Shown here piece by piece: positions 15,524 to 24,628 of a stretch of 41,906 bases of DNA; within the stretch, counting starts at the first letter, position 1, and the number at the start of each line of letters is the position of its first letter. The DNA comes from Gammaproteobacteria bacterium. GTDB lineage: Bacteria > Pseudomonadota > Gammaproteobacteria > Magnimaribacterales > TMED112. A program made the translations under genes and the position numbers. A model generated the notes under the pieces. That model searched no databases, had not been told where the DNA came from, and was given only the letters and a program-made list of their open reading frames with translations. Where the stretch lies: NCBI GenBank assembly GCA_002684055.1, contig NYUL01000064.1, forward strand, positions 1 to 41,906. Reading direction: 5' to 3'.

Positions 15524-16411
15524 TCAGCCTACAAAGTCTAGGGGTGGTAATTCATAGGTGCTAGACATCTCTCGCTTGATTTCTTCAAGCTCTCTAACAC
15601 CATCATCATATAATTGTCTTCCATTCATTTCAATTCCACCAGGCAATTTGGTGCCAGTGAATTTAATTAAGTTTTGACCCCATTGCTTCTTAATAGCAGA
15701 AACAAGGTATTTTTTAACCCAGCTATCATTATAGATCTCACAGAATTGCTGTGGATCTAAAGCTCTATAGCAATCAATAACAATGATGCTTCCTACAGCA
15801 ATATTTTGCCAATTAACATCTAGATACAAACGATCTTGACGCTTATTAAAACGAATTATGGATGGTGGATTGTTTAAGAAATCAAATGTTGATCTCCACA
15901 TTCCTGCGATATATGCAGTAATCATATCACCACCCCATAGGTAGCCTATACCACCCAGATATCCATATCCATTCAGTCCATAATAGGATGCCCCTGGACC
16001 AAGGAGCCCTCCTCCACCGATTAATCCTCCTAGAGGACCACCAGTAGCGCTGGGAGGAGTAAACACCTTTTCCACACCAATAATATGTGGAGGAAGTTGA
16101 ATATAATTTGAGTTTTCAACATATTTGTCTACTGTGGGACCAGTAGCACCTGGATATGTTTGAATAGCAGTACTAATTCCAGGATTAACAAATGGATTAT
16201 ACTTTGATCCTCTGTCAATATCCTCTTGAGTAAATTCATACTTTAAGTAAGTACGAATTACCCCATCATAATGCCTCTCGTGGAAGTGCTGGATGGTGTC
16301 GTCAAGAATATCATCCAGTTGCTCATCAGCAACGTTAATCTCCAATACAGGGGCACCTAGACGCCTTAGAGCGTACTCTACAAGCTCTTGCCTATTAGTT
16401 GGCTTTGACAT
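15524..16411 (-). CDS. g13: neck protein (T4 gp13)
   Basis: 295 aa. ALRRLGAPVLEINV aligns with T4 ILRRLGAPIINVEL. The C-terminus SWVKKYLVSAIKKQWGQNLIKFTGTKLPGGIEMNGRQLYDDG...LPPLDFVG aligns with [42 protein letters not shown]...LDPPFGILVG. Confidence 0.9.
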   Translation of the reverse strand: MSKPTNRQELVEYALRRLGAPVLEINVADEQLDDILDDTIQHFHERHYDGVIRTYLKYEFTQEDIDRGSKYNPFVNPGISTAIQTYPGATGPTVDKYVENSNYIQLPPHIIGVEKVFTPPSATGGPLGGLIGGGGLLGPGASYYGLNGYGYLGGIGYLWGGDMITAYIAGMWRSTFDFLNNPPSIIRFNKRQDRLYLDVNWQNIAVGSIIVIDCYRALDPQQFCEIYNDSWVKKYLVSAIKKQWGQNLIKFTGTKLPGGIEMNGRQLYDDGVRELEEIKREMSSTYELPPLDFVG

Positions 16412-16668
16412 TAAAAGAATCCCCCATCTATGGTATCTGTGAATCCTGTAATGTTAGTAACAGGATCAACAGTAAGAATACAAGATGATGTACTTAATTG
16501 ACAGCTATTTACTATTGGACTAAAAACATCACCATTCCATACTGGAACAGATCCAATTTTAATGTCAGTAAAATCGGTATCAGTCAGTCCCTCTAGGGAT
16601 GATGGGACACCATTAGAAATAACACGGACAACATTTCTTTGTCCAATTTGATCGAGTAGATTTGCCAT
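16411..16668 (-). CDS. hypothetical small protein (probable virion component by context)
   Basis: 85-aa ORF. It has TAATG overlaps at both ends (16668 with the upstream ORF, 16411 with g13), indicating translational coupling. No recognisable motif. Confidence 0.55.
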   Translation of the reverse strand: MANLLDQIGQRNVVRVISNGVPSSLEGLTDTDFTDIKIGSVPVWNGDVFSPIVNSCQLSTSSCILTVDPVTNITGFTDTIDGGFF

Positions 16669-17201
16669 TAGTCGCTTCTCTCGTTATCTTTACTAGATGG
16701 GTTAGTCTGTACCCACTGTGAACTATCTTTATCGGTATAGTAGATGTACATACGACCTTCAAGTGTGTTCCACCAGAGATTTCCTTCGATTGGATTTTCT
16801 GGGGGATGCTGACCAACCGTAACTGGTGGTGTTGATGGTGGGATAATTCCTGATTGCACGTCTGTTACTCCTGGATTTACTAGAGCCATGCCCTCAACAG
16901 CTCGGTAAACTTTACCGTCTGTTTTATTAATCAATATAACATCATATACATATCTACCCTCTTTGAGAATAGAAGTTTGGGCGGCGGTGAGCGAAATAAT
17001 AATTTCACCGGACTTTGGTTTTAGAATAGAGACATCGAATCCCAATCCAAATTTAGCACCAGAATGCTTTCTCAATTGACTAACACCCCTAAATTGGGTC
17101 AAGTTAATTGGGATAGAAGTTCCAGCGTCGTCCAACTTAAAGCTAGCCGAGAAGGTGGCACCTTGATCAATAGTAATATTTGATACGTAGGCACTAGCCA
17201 T
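16668..17201 (-). CDS. hypothetical structural protein (Ig-like N-domain plus Trp/Tyr-rich C-terminal motif)
   Basis: 177-aa ORF with an ATG at 17201. The N-terminal ~110 aa have beta-sandwich-like character (ITIDQGATFSASF...LKEGRYVYDVILINKTDGKVYRAVEGMALVNPGVT). A Pro-rich linker follows, then ENPIEGNLWWNTLEGRMYIYYTDKDSSQWVQT. Confidence 0.6.
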   Translation of the reverse strand: MASAYVSNITIDQGATFSASFKLDDAGTSIPINLTQFRGVSQLRKHSGAKFGLGFDVSILKPKSGEIIISLTAAQTSILKEGRYVYDVILINKTDGKVYRAVEGMALVNPGVTDVQSGIIPPSTPPVTVGQHPPENPIEGNLWWNTLEGRMYIYYTDKDSSQWVQTNPSSKDNERSD

Positions 17202-17229
17202 GGAAGTTAAGTTCTATTGTATACTACTT

Positions 17230-17451
17230 CTATTTATGGATTATCTGTTTTATTAAAGATTTAAGCTCTTCAATTTCAGATTTAGCTATTTCTAATTGAA
17301 GTGTAAGAGATTCTAGAGTTTGATTTTTAGACCTAGAATACTCTCTTTTCCGAATATATGCGTCATATGCGTCTCTATTTGTATTTACAATAGCTCCCTC
17401 TGGAGTACGGTAGAGGTGATCAGTACCCTCTACCCTCATCTTTTTACTCAT
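17230..17451 (-). CDS. hypothetical small coiled-coil protein
   Basis: 73-aa ORF that starts 2 nt after the stop of the 1,401-aa ORF. The C-terminal heptad-like segment is LESLTLQLEIAKSEIEELKSLIKQIIHK. Confidence 0.55.
   Translation of the reverse strand: MSKKMRVEGTDHLYRTPEGAIVNTNRDAYDAYIRKREYSRSKNQTLESLTLQLEIAKSEIEELKSLIKQIIHK
17231..17238 (-). promoter_or_regulatory. late-promoter-like motif CATAAATA abutting the stop of the 73-aa ORF
   Basis: Plus tatttatg. In minus sense, CATAAATAG includes the TAG stop (17230-17232). It lies 29 nt upstream of the ATG at 17201. Confidence 0.35.
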
Positions 17452-17453
17452 AA

Positions 17454-20400
17454 TTAACCTAATGCGATTGCTCTGATATCACTTAGTGAAGGTGACCTTG
17501 CCTCGTTAGTTCCACTGAATACAACCTTGATTTGGAAACCAGAGAATTCTGGTAGTGAATCAACGTCATATTGATACTCTAGATCTTCAAATCCATCTGG
17601 TCCAATCAAGCGACTAGCTCTAACTTTTTTGTTAGGTAGTCCACTATTCTTGGATGGATCAATAATCCTATCACCAAATCCATCGCCATTAGTATCAATT
17701 AGATTATCATAGCCAGGGAACAATATCCACCCAGGTTCAGTAGCACCTTGAGTATCACCAGCAAACAAACGATAACAAACACGGAAGTCTGCTGTTTCAT
17801 CCCTATAAGCACTCAATAGAACTTTCAGAGCTGTTGCTGGATTATCTAGAATTACTTTCTGTGATACGTAGATTGATCTATGTGGATCACCAATAATTCT
17901 ATTTGTTCTAGGATCATCTGGGTAATTAGTGACTGGATTGTTTAAAGCAGAACGAAGTGTGAATAGAGATACTTGATTCATATCCATTACTGGAGACAAG
18001 TTAGCATCATCGGAACGCATAGTCAAAGCCATAGTCAATGACTTATCATTGGGTAGTCCTTCTAGATACTCAACTTCATTTACTAGTGAAGCAACTAGTC
18101 TTGGGGAGGGGAATGAGGTAAACGCATTCAAGGCGATTGGAGTATTACCCTGATCAACAAATGACTGTTCATTACCACCCGCACTAGTACCACTAACCGT
18201 TCTTATCTGGGTACTAACTTGTGTTGTATCACCAGGAGTAAGAAGACCTATGGATGGATAGAGTGTATTAAATTGGAAGTTTTGGGATGTTCTTACTTTA
18301 GAACCTCCCGCCTGCTGATCCTGATTAAAACTCAATTGTGGTATGTATGGATTAATACCAAAATCATTTGCTCTTGATCCTCTATCAATAACTAGAGGCA
18401 GAATCCCAAAGTCTCTAGTAAATCCTAGAATTTGGTTTGATGGTAATTGGTGAGTGGTGTTAATTCTCCTCAAGGATACTCCACTCATTTCATATTTAAA
18501 TACTCTAGAGCCTTGGTCGTGAATATTAACAGGAGTATTGTCAACGCCACGTGATGTGATACCAAGAGTACCATCACCATTGTTGTCATACTCCATAACC
18601 TCACCACCAACCACTAGATAGCCAGTGCTTGTAGAAATTCCTTCAAAGGTATCAAATAGTGCCTGATTAGCAATAGTTATTTGGTTGGATGAGATAGTAA
18701 TACCTTCAACCAAGTCAGTTCCTTTTGTATCGGGAGCTGTATTGATAATTGAGACTACATTATTATCTGCCATCATCCCGTGAGATGGTAGATCAACAAC
18801 AAAGACATCTCCCCCCGACATTGGATCAGCAACTTCACTCGTTTCAGTGAGCTGTACTCCAGTATCAGTTAGTGTGTTAGTTGCTGCGTCGTATTCATTT
18901 AATGTATCAGTAGTAATAATACTCTGCCCTATTACATTGGTTAAAATAATAGTGTCTATGTTATTAATAGAATTAACATCAACTACGGCATCTCCACCAA
19001 CACCACCAACATTTGCAGTAGTAATACCTAGAGTGTCGCCGACAAGATATCCAGTGCCAGGATTAATAATAGACAGTGAGCTTACGACTCCACCAGAAAT
19101 AGTAACATCAGCGACAATATTTTTACCATCAGATGCGATGTTGAACAATGGAACTGATGGGAAAGTGCCATCAATATAACCAATACCACCAGAATTATTT
19201 GCTACATCCAATGTTTGAGCAGGACCACCTAGTGATTCAATATCACCAATTACTCTTGCGTCATTGGGAAAACCAGAAGCGGTAGATGCTATTTTTTGCC
19301 CAACCTCAAAAGGATAAGAAGTATTTCCAACTAGAAGACTCAACCTTCTAGGTAAAGTTCTCATTGGATTATTGGGGATTAGTGTATCATCTAAGATTGG
19401 TGGATTGTTTAGGAATACAGTACCAACGGAATCAAAGGCAGCCTTGTATAGGATAAACTTAAGATCTTCAAACTGGTTGGCTGTCCAAAGTGAGCCATTT
19501 TGAGACTTAAATAATGAACCATTCAAATACTGTTGAGAAATAATAGCTGTGCCACCAACATTAGTGGTTGGGCTAGTAATATTCTCTTCACCCATCCTAG
19601 CAATCCATGCAGTGTATAGATCAGTAGTAGGAGCAAGCAATACTAGAGCGTAAGTTAAATCTGGCTCCAAATAAATTGGTGATGGGAATGTAACTCTAGT
19701 AGGAACTGACGCATCTGAAGAAACATTAATCTCATCAGGGGACAATACAACTTGAGCATAATTTTGAACCAAATTGCTATTTGGTGTTGCCAATTCTGTT
19801 GGTCTAATTTCAACTGTTAGATTATCTACTTCGGACTTGGTAGCCATAAAGATATCTAAAGATGTCAAGAAAGCACCAGTCTCATCCACGCGGAATGTTT
19901 GTGCCAAAGGATCCCTAGGGGGAGCTGGGCGTGGTGGTGGGGGTGGTCTCCTAATAATATTAGTGACATTTGTAACATTAGTAACGTTAGTAATAGGTTG
20001 TCTAACGATTACAAGAGGTCTTGGGGGTGGTGGTGGAACGCGGACGGTAACCACTGACGTGATTCTATTTTCAATAGTACCTCCAGACGTATACGTAGCT
20101 TCCGCGAATGAGATAATGGTTTGCCCTAGTTCTGGCTCTTCATTAGTTGAGCTAGAACTCAATCGCAATGTTCTGATACCCGTTCTCAATCTAAATGCGG
20201 GAGCAGGAACATTCAAGGGATCTCTAAAGAAGATAGAACCAGCTAGGTCGCAGAAAGCATCAGAGACTAATCTTAGCCTTGGAATATCTGCAACAGCACC
20301 ACTCCTAGTTCCAACAATCCTCAAACCAGCAGAAATGTATCCAAAAAATCTTTGATCTGCGATATCAGCTAGTGAAGAAATATCAATATTTAATATTGTA

Positions 20401-21659
20401 GATGATGCAGAATAATCATCAGAAATTTGTTCTGTTCTGATGTATGGATTTGTAGTATATTTCTGTGTTGGATCATCAAAAGGACCAGACTTGTGATTTT
20501 GTCTAGCAACACGAGCACTAAAGATCCGTGTGTTACCACTGAATACTTCAACCGTTTCTCCAACCTCAAAGGTACCTGATCGCATTGCGATCTCAACTAG
20601 TTTAGGTATAAAGTCTGCTCCAGACGCTCCCTCAAAGAATGGGAAGAATTCTGTTAGTGGTTTGATAGCACTAGCTCGGAATTCAATATTTCTTTCGCGC
20701 ATAAACTGCGCAGTTTCCGTACTTTGAATAAAATTCTGCTCAAATGTAGCTACTTCAGGACCAAATACAGTCTCTCTTCTACTGCCAATAGTTCTAGAGA
20801 CAATAAAATCATCACTAGAGGGAGAAACTATTAATTGACCATCATATAAAATAACATTAAATGGATTAACATTTTCGGTACGTGATGCTAAAGGCTGCTC
20901 TAACCAAGGTATTTCGTCATAGTTAAGTGTGACTAGATCTCCAGTTTTTTTAGTTGATGAATCAACCAAAGCCAAGTTCTGGTCTAGTGATGCATCATCG
21001 GGATTGATGAGAGGATCTAACTGCAACTGTAGAGCAATCGTAGCAAACTCAAATTGGCAGTCTAGAGTGCCAGTTCGGGAAGATACGTTTACGCTTGTTT
21101 CTGGATTGTCAAAATCTACAAAATCCGCAGTTCTAAAATCATCAGCAAAAAATCCACTCTTAAATCTATCATTACCATCAGCATCCAGTACCTGTAGAGA
21201 ATCTGTCCTTCTCTCCAATAGTGATAGAGATGTAACTTCTTCTAAAGACTCAATTCTATCTTCTAGATTTCCAATATCTCGCATCGTATAACGTCTATTA
21301 TCGATAGTCTGAATAACAATATCGTCAATATTATATACATATGGTGGGTATGTAATACGAGCAATCTCCATAGCAGCTTCTGCTGCTTCAGGTAACTTTG
21401 GTTCAGGTGCTGGGGCACCAAAAATTAACTTTAGTCCTCCTAATTTGTTTAGGACTAATCTATCTTTTCTTCCAACATAAAAGTCATAGCCCAGAACCAT
21501 ACTCTCACCTGGAGCAGTTACTCTAACTACGGTTGATCCAGATTCAGCAAAATCTCTAGATGAATAATCAAATGGTGAAGCTGTAATTGATGTAAAGTCA
21601 GAAACACGTGGGCGGAAGTCTAGGGTGTCAGAAGCACGCAAAGTACGATTACGCAACAA
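17454..21659 (-). CDS. virion structural protein, C-terminal segment of a frame-interrupted ~2,390-codon gene
   Basis: 1,401-aa track ORF that starts at TTG. The frame is actually open up to 21833, with no ATG/GTG upstream (see findings). It contains PPRDPLAQTFRVDETGAFLTSLDIF and a C-terminus (FQIKVVFSGTNEARSPSLSDIRAIALG). From memory these go with the DUF4815-type phage structural family that starts with the motif seen in the 942-aa ORF. It also carries two G-x-G-Y modules. Confidence 0.75.
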   Translation of the reverse strand: MLRNRTLRASDTLDFRPRVSDFTSITASPFDYSSRDFAESGSTVVRVTAPGESMVLGYDFYVGRKDRLVLNKLGGLKLIFGAPAPEPKLPEAAEAAMEIARITYPPYVYNIDDIVIQTIDNRRYTMRDIGNLEDRIESLEEVTSLSLLERRTDSLQVLDADGNDRFKSGFFADDFRTADFVDFDNPETSVNVSSRTGTLDCQFEFATIALQLQLDPLINPDDASLDQNLALVDSSTKKTGDLVTLNYDEIPWLEQPLASRTENVNPFNVILYDGQLIVSPSSDDFIVSRTIGSRRETVFGPEVATFEQNFIQSTETAQFMRERNIEFRASAIKPLTEFFPFFEGASGADFIPKLVEIAMRSGTFEVGETVEVFSGNTRIFSARVARQNHKSGPFDDPTQKYTTNPYIRTEQISDDYSASSTILNIDISSLADIADQRFFGYISAGLRIVGTRSGAVADIPRLRLVSDAFCDLAGSIFFRDPLNVPAPAFRLRTGIRTLRLSSSSTNEEPELGQTIISFAEATYTSGGTIENRITSVVTVRVPPPPPRPLVIVRQPITNVTNVTNVTNIIRRPPPPPRPAPPRDPLAQTFRVDETGAFLTSLDIFMATKSEVDNLTVEIRPTELATPNSNLVQNYAQVVLSPDEINVSSDASVPTRVTFPSPIYLEPDLTYALVLLAPTTDLYTAWIARMGEENITSPTTNVGGTAIISQQYLNGSLFKSQNGSLWTANQFEDLKFILYKAAFDSVGTVFLNNPPILDDTLIPNNPMRTLPRRLSLLVGNTSYPFEVGQKIASTASGFPNDARVIGDIESLGGPAQTLDVANNSGGIGYIDGTFPSVPLFNIASDGKNIVADVTISGGVVSSLSIINPGTGYLVGDTLGITTANVGGVGGDAVVDVNSINNIDTIILTNVIGQSIITTDTLNEYDAATNTLTDTGVQLTETSEVADPMSGGDVFVVDLPSHGMMADNNVVSIINTAPDTKGTDLVEGITISSNQITIANQALFDTFEGISTSTGYLVVGGEVMEYDNNGDGTLGITSRGVDNTPVNIHDQGSRVFKYEMSGVSLRRINTTHQLPSNQILGFTRDFGILPLVIDRGSRANDFGINPYIPQLSFNQDQQAGGSKVRTSQNFQFNTLYPSIGLLTPGDTTQVSTQIRTVSGTSAGGNEQSFVDQGNTPIALNAFTSFPSPRLVASLVNEVEYLEGLPNDKSLTMALTMRSDDANLSPVMDMNQVSLFTLRSALNNPVTNYPDDPRTNRIIGDPHRSIYVSQKVILDNPATALKVLLSAYRDETADFRVCYRLFAGDTQGATEPGWILFPGYDNLIDTNGDGFGDRIIDPSKNSGLPNKKVRASRLIGPDGFEDLEYQYDVDSLPEFSGFQIKVVFSGTNEARSPSLSDIRAIALG
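19962..19997 (-). repeat. four tandem 9-bp units (agtgacatt / tgtaacatt / agtaacgtt / agtaatagg)
   Basis: Read directly from the sequence. It encodes T-(NVT)3-N inside the 1,401-aa ORF and is flanked by two PPPPPRP-coding G-rich runs (19926-19946 and 20016-20036). Confidence 0.85.
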
Positions 21660-21796
21660 TGGAACCCCTGTAGCAAAGATCTCTTCAACATAAGAATTTG
21701 CTGTGTAGAAATCGCCAGAATCATCAACAGGAACACCAAACTTATCGAAGATGATAAGAATTCTTTTATTTGGTGCCGTGGCGCCACGACTCCTAA

Positions 21797-24625
21797 TTAG
21801 GCGAGAAAAATCATAAAACTGCTCTCTTGACCTTTATCTAAACTAAACTTATCAGTAATATTTTTATAGTTTCCTGGTTGGATTGCCTGTAAGTTTGTTT
21901 TAATATTGGACTCACTAAATACCAATGTTTCTCCAACAGTAAAGGTATTCTGACTCAAATAAACTATTTTAACTGTGGAAGGAGTATTAGCTTCTACTAG
22001 TTTAGCAACAGCCCCACTAGTATTTCCTCTAATAAGTTCACCTTTAACTGTTGTAGTTTCTAGAGATAATCCATTAGTGAATCCCAATATATCTAATGTG
22101 GGGGGAGTGGCATCAAGTGATTCATATACTGCGGTAAGGGATTCAACATCAGCAGTATTTAATGAAATCTCTTCATCATCAACTCGTAATCCATAATAAT
22201 CATTCTGAACCATTCCAAATTCTGGAGAGGTGATTTGGCTAATCCTATCCACCAAGAGAGTTTGACTCTTAATCAGAATTTTAGATTTTGATTTGATAGA
22301 AGGTTTAATAGCTGTTACATTTACAGTTATTCCAGCCTCATTAATCCTACTTAACCCATTAAAAGTAATTACTGTACTATCACCTGTAATTTCAAACTGC
22401 TCAGAACCAACAGTTTCAATAACACCATCGCTATAGACAATAGAGTATCTTTCTTGGTCAAAAGGAACAAATAGCGCATCATTTACGCCAGTCAAAGTTC
22501 TATTGATAGTTAGAGTTGATCCTACAGTGGTTTCTTGATATACTTGAGTTGTAAAGTATAGTTGTGAGTTATTTAGATTTACCTTGGAGATATTCTTTTT
22601 CTCCATTTCAATGTACAACGCAGAATTCTCAGTATTGAGAAGTCTAGATTCTGATGCTCTTAAGTTTACACTAGTTCTAGTGCCAGATGGTAGGGCTCCA
22701 CTAGCGACATTGGGTACAGAAGCGACTGGACCAACGGTCATATTTAGATCGTTGAGACCAAGAGACAATACTCTATTGTAAACTAATGTGGAATTTACAG
22801 TATCTTGCCATATTACAATATCACCAACATCAAATCCATCAAATAATCTACCAGGACAAGTAATTAATCCACCTGCAGTAACAGTAAAGCTATCTGAAGC
22901 GGTAAAATTATTGGGAACTCTTGGATATAATTTAGTATCAGCCCTAAAATCTGTGGAAATATTTGGATTAATAGATGTAGTATCTTGGAATAATGACTTT
23001 ACTTGATTTTGCTTGTAAATAATTACGTCAGTTGTTGAGAATCTATCTTCAGTAGATCCATTTACAGAGAATTGCTCTCCACGAATAAATTCTCCACTGG
23101 TATCTGTTAAGAAAATCTCTTGTCCAACTATGCTTCTAACATAACCAGAAGCATTTGAACTCAAACCTTGTAATCTGAATCCTGGAATAATCTTACTGCC
23201 AATAGGAACATTGGCGGTAATGCGAGTAAAAATTTGTAAGTCATATAGATACACATTCCAAGGGGTCTGTGGTCCCGTGAAAGCAGCGTCTTCTAGTGAA
23301 TAGCTATAAATCCTAGCCTCACCAATTAAGCTTCCTGTGGGGTTCTTAGAGCCGTCTAGGCGACCGTCATACATTTGAACAATATTGTCAGCAATATCCA
23401 ATCCAACGACTGGAGTACTGATAACGTTATTCACCAAATACTTACTACCAAGTTCAAATGGTACGGCAGTATTTGATTGAGTTTCTGTTGTTCTGGGTTT
23501 GGGAGCATCTAAATTAGTAGTTCCTGTCTTCTTAATATCAAAACCACGAACATATGCCTTACCAGGAGACACTTTCAAAATTGCCAAACCTGGGGAAGGA
23601 GTACCACCTTCTTCTGTAGTTTGATTTGCTAGGTAGATACCATTATTGCCGATATTATTATTTAACGACTCATCTGCTGTTGTCCTGATGCCTTCTACAA
23701 TGTAATCACCAGACTCTTCATAAGTTCTTTCGGCAATGTAATCTTTTAGTACATTATAAGTGGCACTAATTTCAAGTTTCTTAACTTCACCCTTATCGAG
23801 GCGCAATAGTTCTACAAAATTTGTATCATTGAAATCATTTAGAGGTTTCTTTGTTAGTGTAAGTTCAATCTTTAACCTATCCGCACCTGGAGCCGAGAAG
23901 TTATTAAATCCTTTCGCATTGTCGTATAGTGTAGGATCTTGACCAGCAGTAACAATTTGCTCGGTAATTTGAAGCCCAACTCTATATGATGGATATACTG
24001 AATATGGATCAAGAACAATAGAATTACTAGTTACTTGTACAAATGTTCCACGCACAAAATAAACACCATCAGCAATTTCAGCAGCACTACCAACAGCTGT
24101 TGGATTAGTTGAAATTGTAGTAGCAAATGTACTATTGGTGGTAATTGTAGTATTTCCGTAGACAACAGGCTCTTCTAATATAAGAGACTCATTACTTGTA
24201 AAGAAAATAGTCCTATCGTCATTACCACTATCAGTGTATGTTACAAAAATAGTGGGATTGTTAACACCATCTCGTGGTGGAATCAAATAATCAATAACTC
24301 TTGCGCGAACACCAGTAACATCACCAACAATTGTTTTACCTACTAGTTGATCTATGTACAGAGTTACATCAATACCACCCTGCTGTGGGTTTAGAATGAC
24401 AGCAGTATATTGTGGGTTATATGAAATTCCTCCAGGAATTACCATAGAGCCTTCTTTAAAGAAATGCTCCCCAAACGTACTAATTTGGTTTTGTAGGATT
24501 GACTGTAGAGTTGTTAGCTCACGTGCCTGTACAGGAAATCCTGGCTTAAATAAGACTTTATAATAGTCTTTATCAGCATCAAAATCGTCAAAGTATGGGC
24601 TGGTATCTAGATTGATCTGAGACAT
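21797..24625 (-). CDS. virion structural protein, N-terminal segment of the same frame-interrupted gene
   Basis: 942-aa ORF with an ATG at 24625, 3 nt after the g8 stop. The N-terminus is LDTSPYFDDFDADKDYYKVLFKPGFPVQARELTTLQSILQNQISTFGEHFFKEGSMV. I recall this as the signature start of DUF4815-type phage structural proteins; this is unverified. Confidence 0.8.
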   Translation of the reverse strand: MSQINLDTSPYFDDFDADKDYYKVLFKPGFPVQARELTTLQSILQNQISTFGEHFFKEGSMVIPGGISYNPQYTAVILNPQQGGIDVTLYIDQLVGKTIVGDVTGVRARVIDYLIPPRDGVNNPTIFVTYTDSGNDDRTIFFTSNESLILEEPVVYGNTTITTNSTFATTISTNPTAVGSAAEIADGVYFVRGTFVQVTSNSIVLDPYSVYPSYRVGLQITEQIVTAGQDPTLYDNAKGFNNFSAPGADRLKIELTLTKKPLNDFNDTNFVELLRLDKGEVKKLEISATYNVLKDYIAERTYEESGDYIVEGIRTTADESLNNNIGNNGIYLANQTTEEGGTPSPGLAILKVSPGKAYVRGFDIKKTGTTNLDAPKPRTTETQSNTAVPFELGSKYLVNNVISTPVVGLDIADNIVQMYDGRLDGSKNPTGSLIGEARIYSYSLEDAAFTGPQTPWNVYLYDLQIFTRITANVPIGSKIIPGFRLQGLSSNASGYVRSIVGQEIFLTDTSGEFIRGEQFSVNGSTEDRFSTTDVIIYKQNQVKSLFQDTTSINPNISTDFRADTKLYPRVPNNFTASDSFTVTAGGLITCPGRLFDGFDVGDIVIWQDTVNSTLVYNRVLSLGLNDLNMTVGPVASVPNVASGALPSGTRTSVNLRASESRLLNTENSALYIEMEKKNISKVNLNNSQLYFTTQVYQETTVGSTLTINRTLTGVNDALFVPFDQERYSIVYSDGVIETVGSEQFEITGDSTVITFNGLSRINEAGITVNVTAIKPSIKSKSKILIKSQTLLVDRISQITSPEFGMVQNDYYGLRVDDEEISLNTADVESLTAVYESLDATPPTLDILGFTNGLSLETTTVKGELIRGNTSGAVAKLVEANTPSTVKIVYLSQNTFTVGETLVFSESNIKTNLQAIQPGNYKNITDKFSLDKGQESSFMIFLA

Positions 24626-24628
24626 TGT

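Noticed and set aside
15935-16060. Gly/Tyr-rich low-complexity stretch in g13 (GGPLGGLIGGGGLLGPGASYYGLNGYGYLGGIGYLWGG)
   Set aside because: T4 gp13 has a Gly-rich segment at the corresponding position (GMAGINGGMG... as I recall it). This therefore looks like an expanded native loop rather than an insertion or repeat element.
19962-19997. (NVT)3 as N-glycosylation sequons
   Set aside because: The N-x-T pattern is a by-product of a 9-bp tandem repeat. Nothing in the window, such as a glycosyltransferase, supports glycosylation. It is kept only as a repeat/hinge observation.
19774-20355. 193-aa plus-strand ORF, the longest plus-strand ORF, with poly-Gly runs
   Set aside because: It is entirely antisense to the 1,401-aa structural ORF. 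Its Gly runs are the mirror image of the PPPPPRP coding runs. It has no start context and no plus-sense signals. The same reasoning applies to the other plus-strand ORFs: 31441..31926, 31664..31939, 20929..21291, 9578..9934, 6533..6862, 18847..19179, 1977..2171 and the rest.
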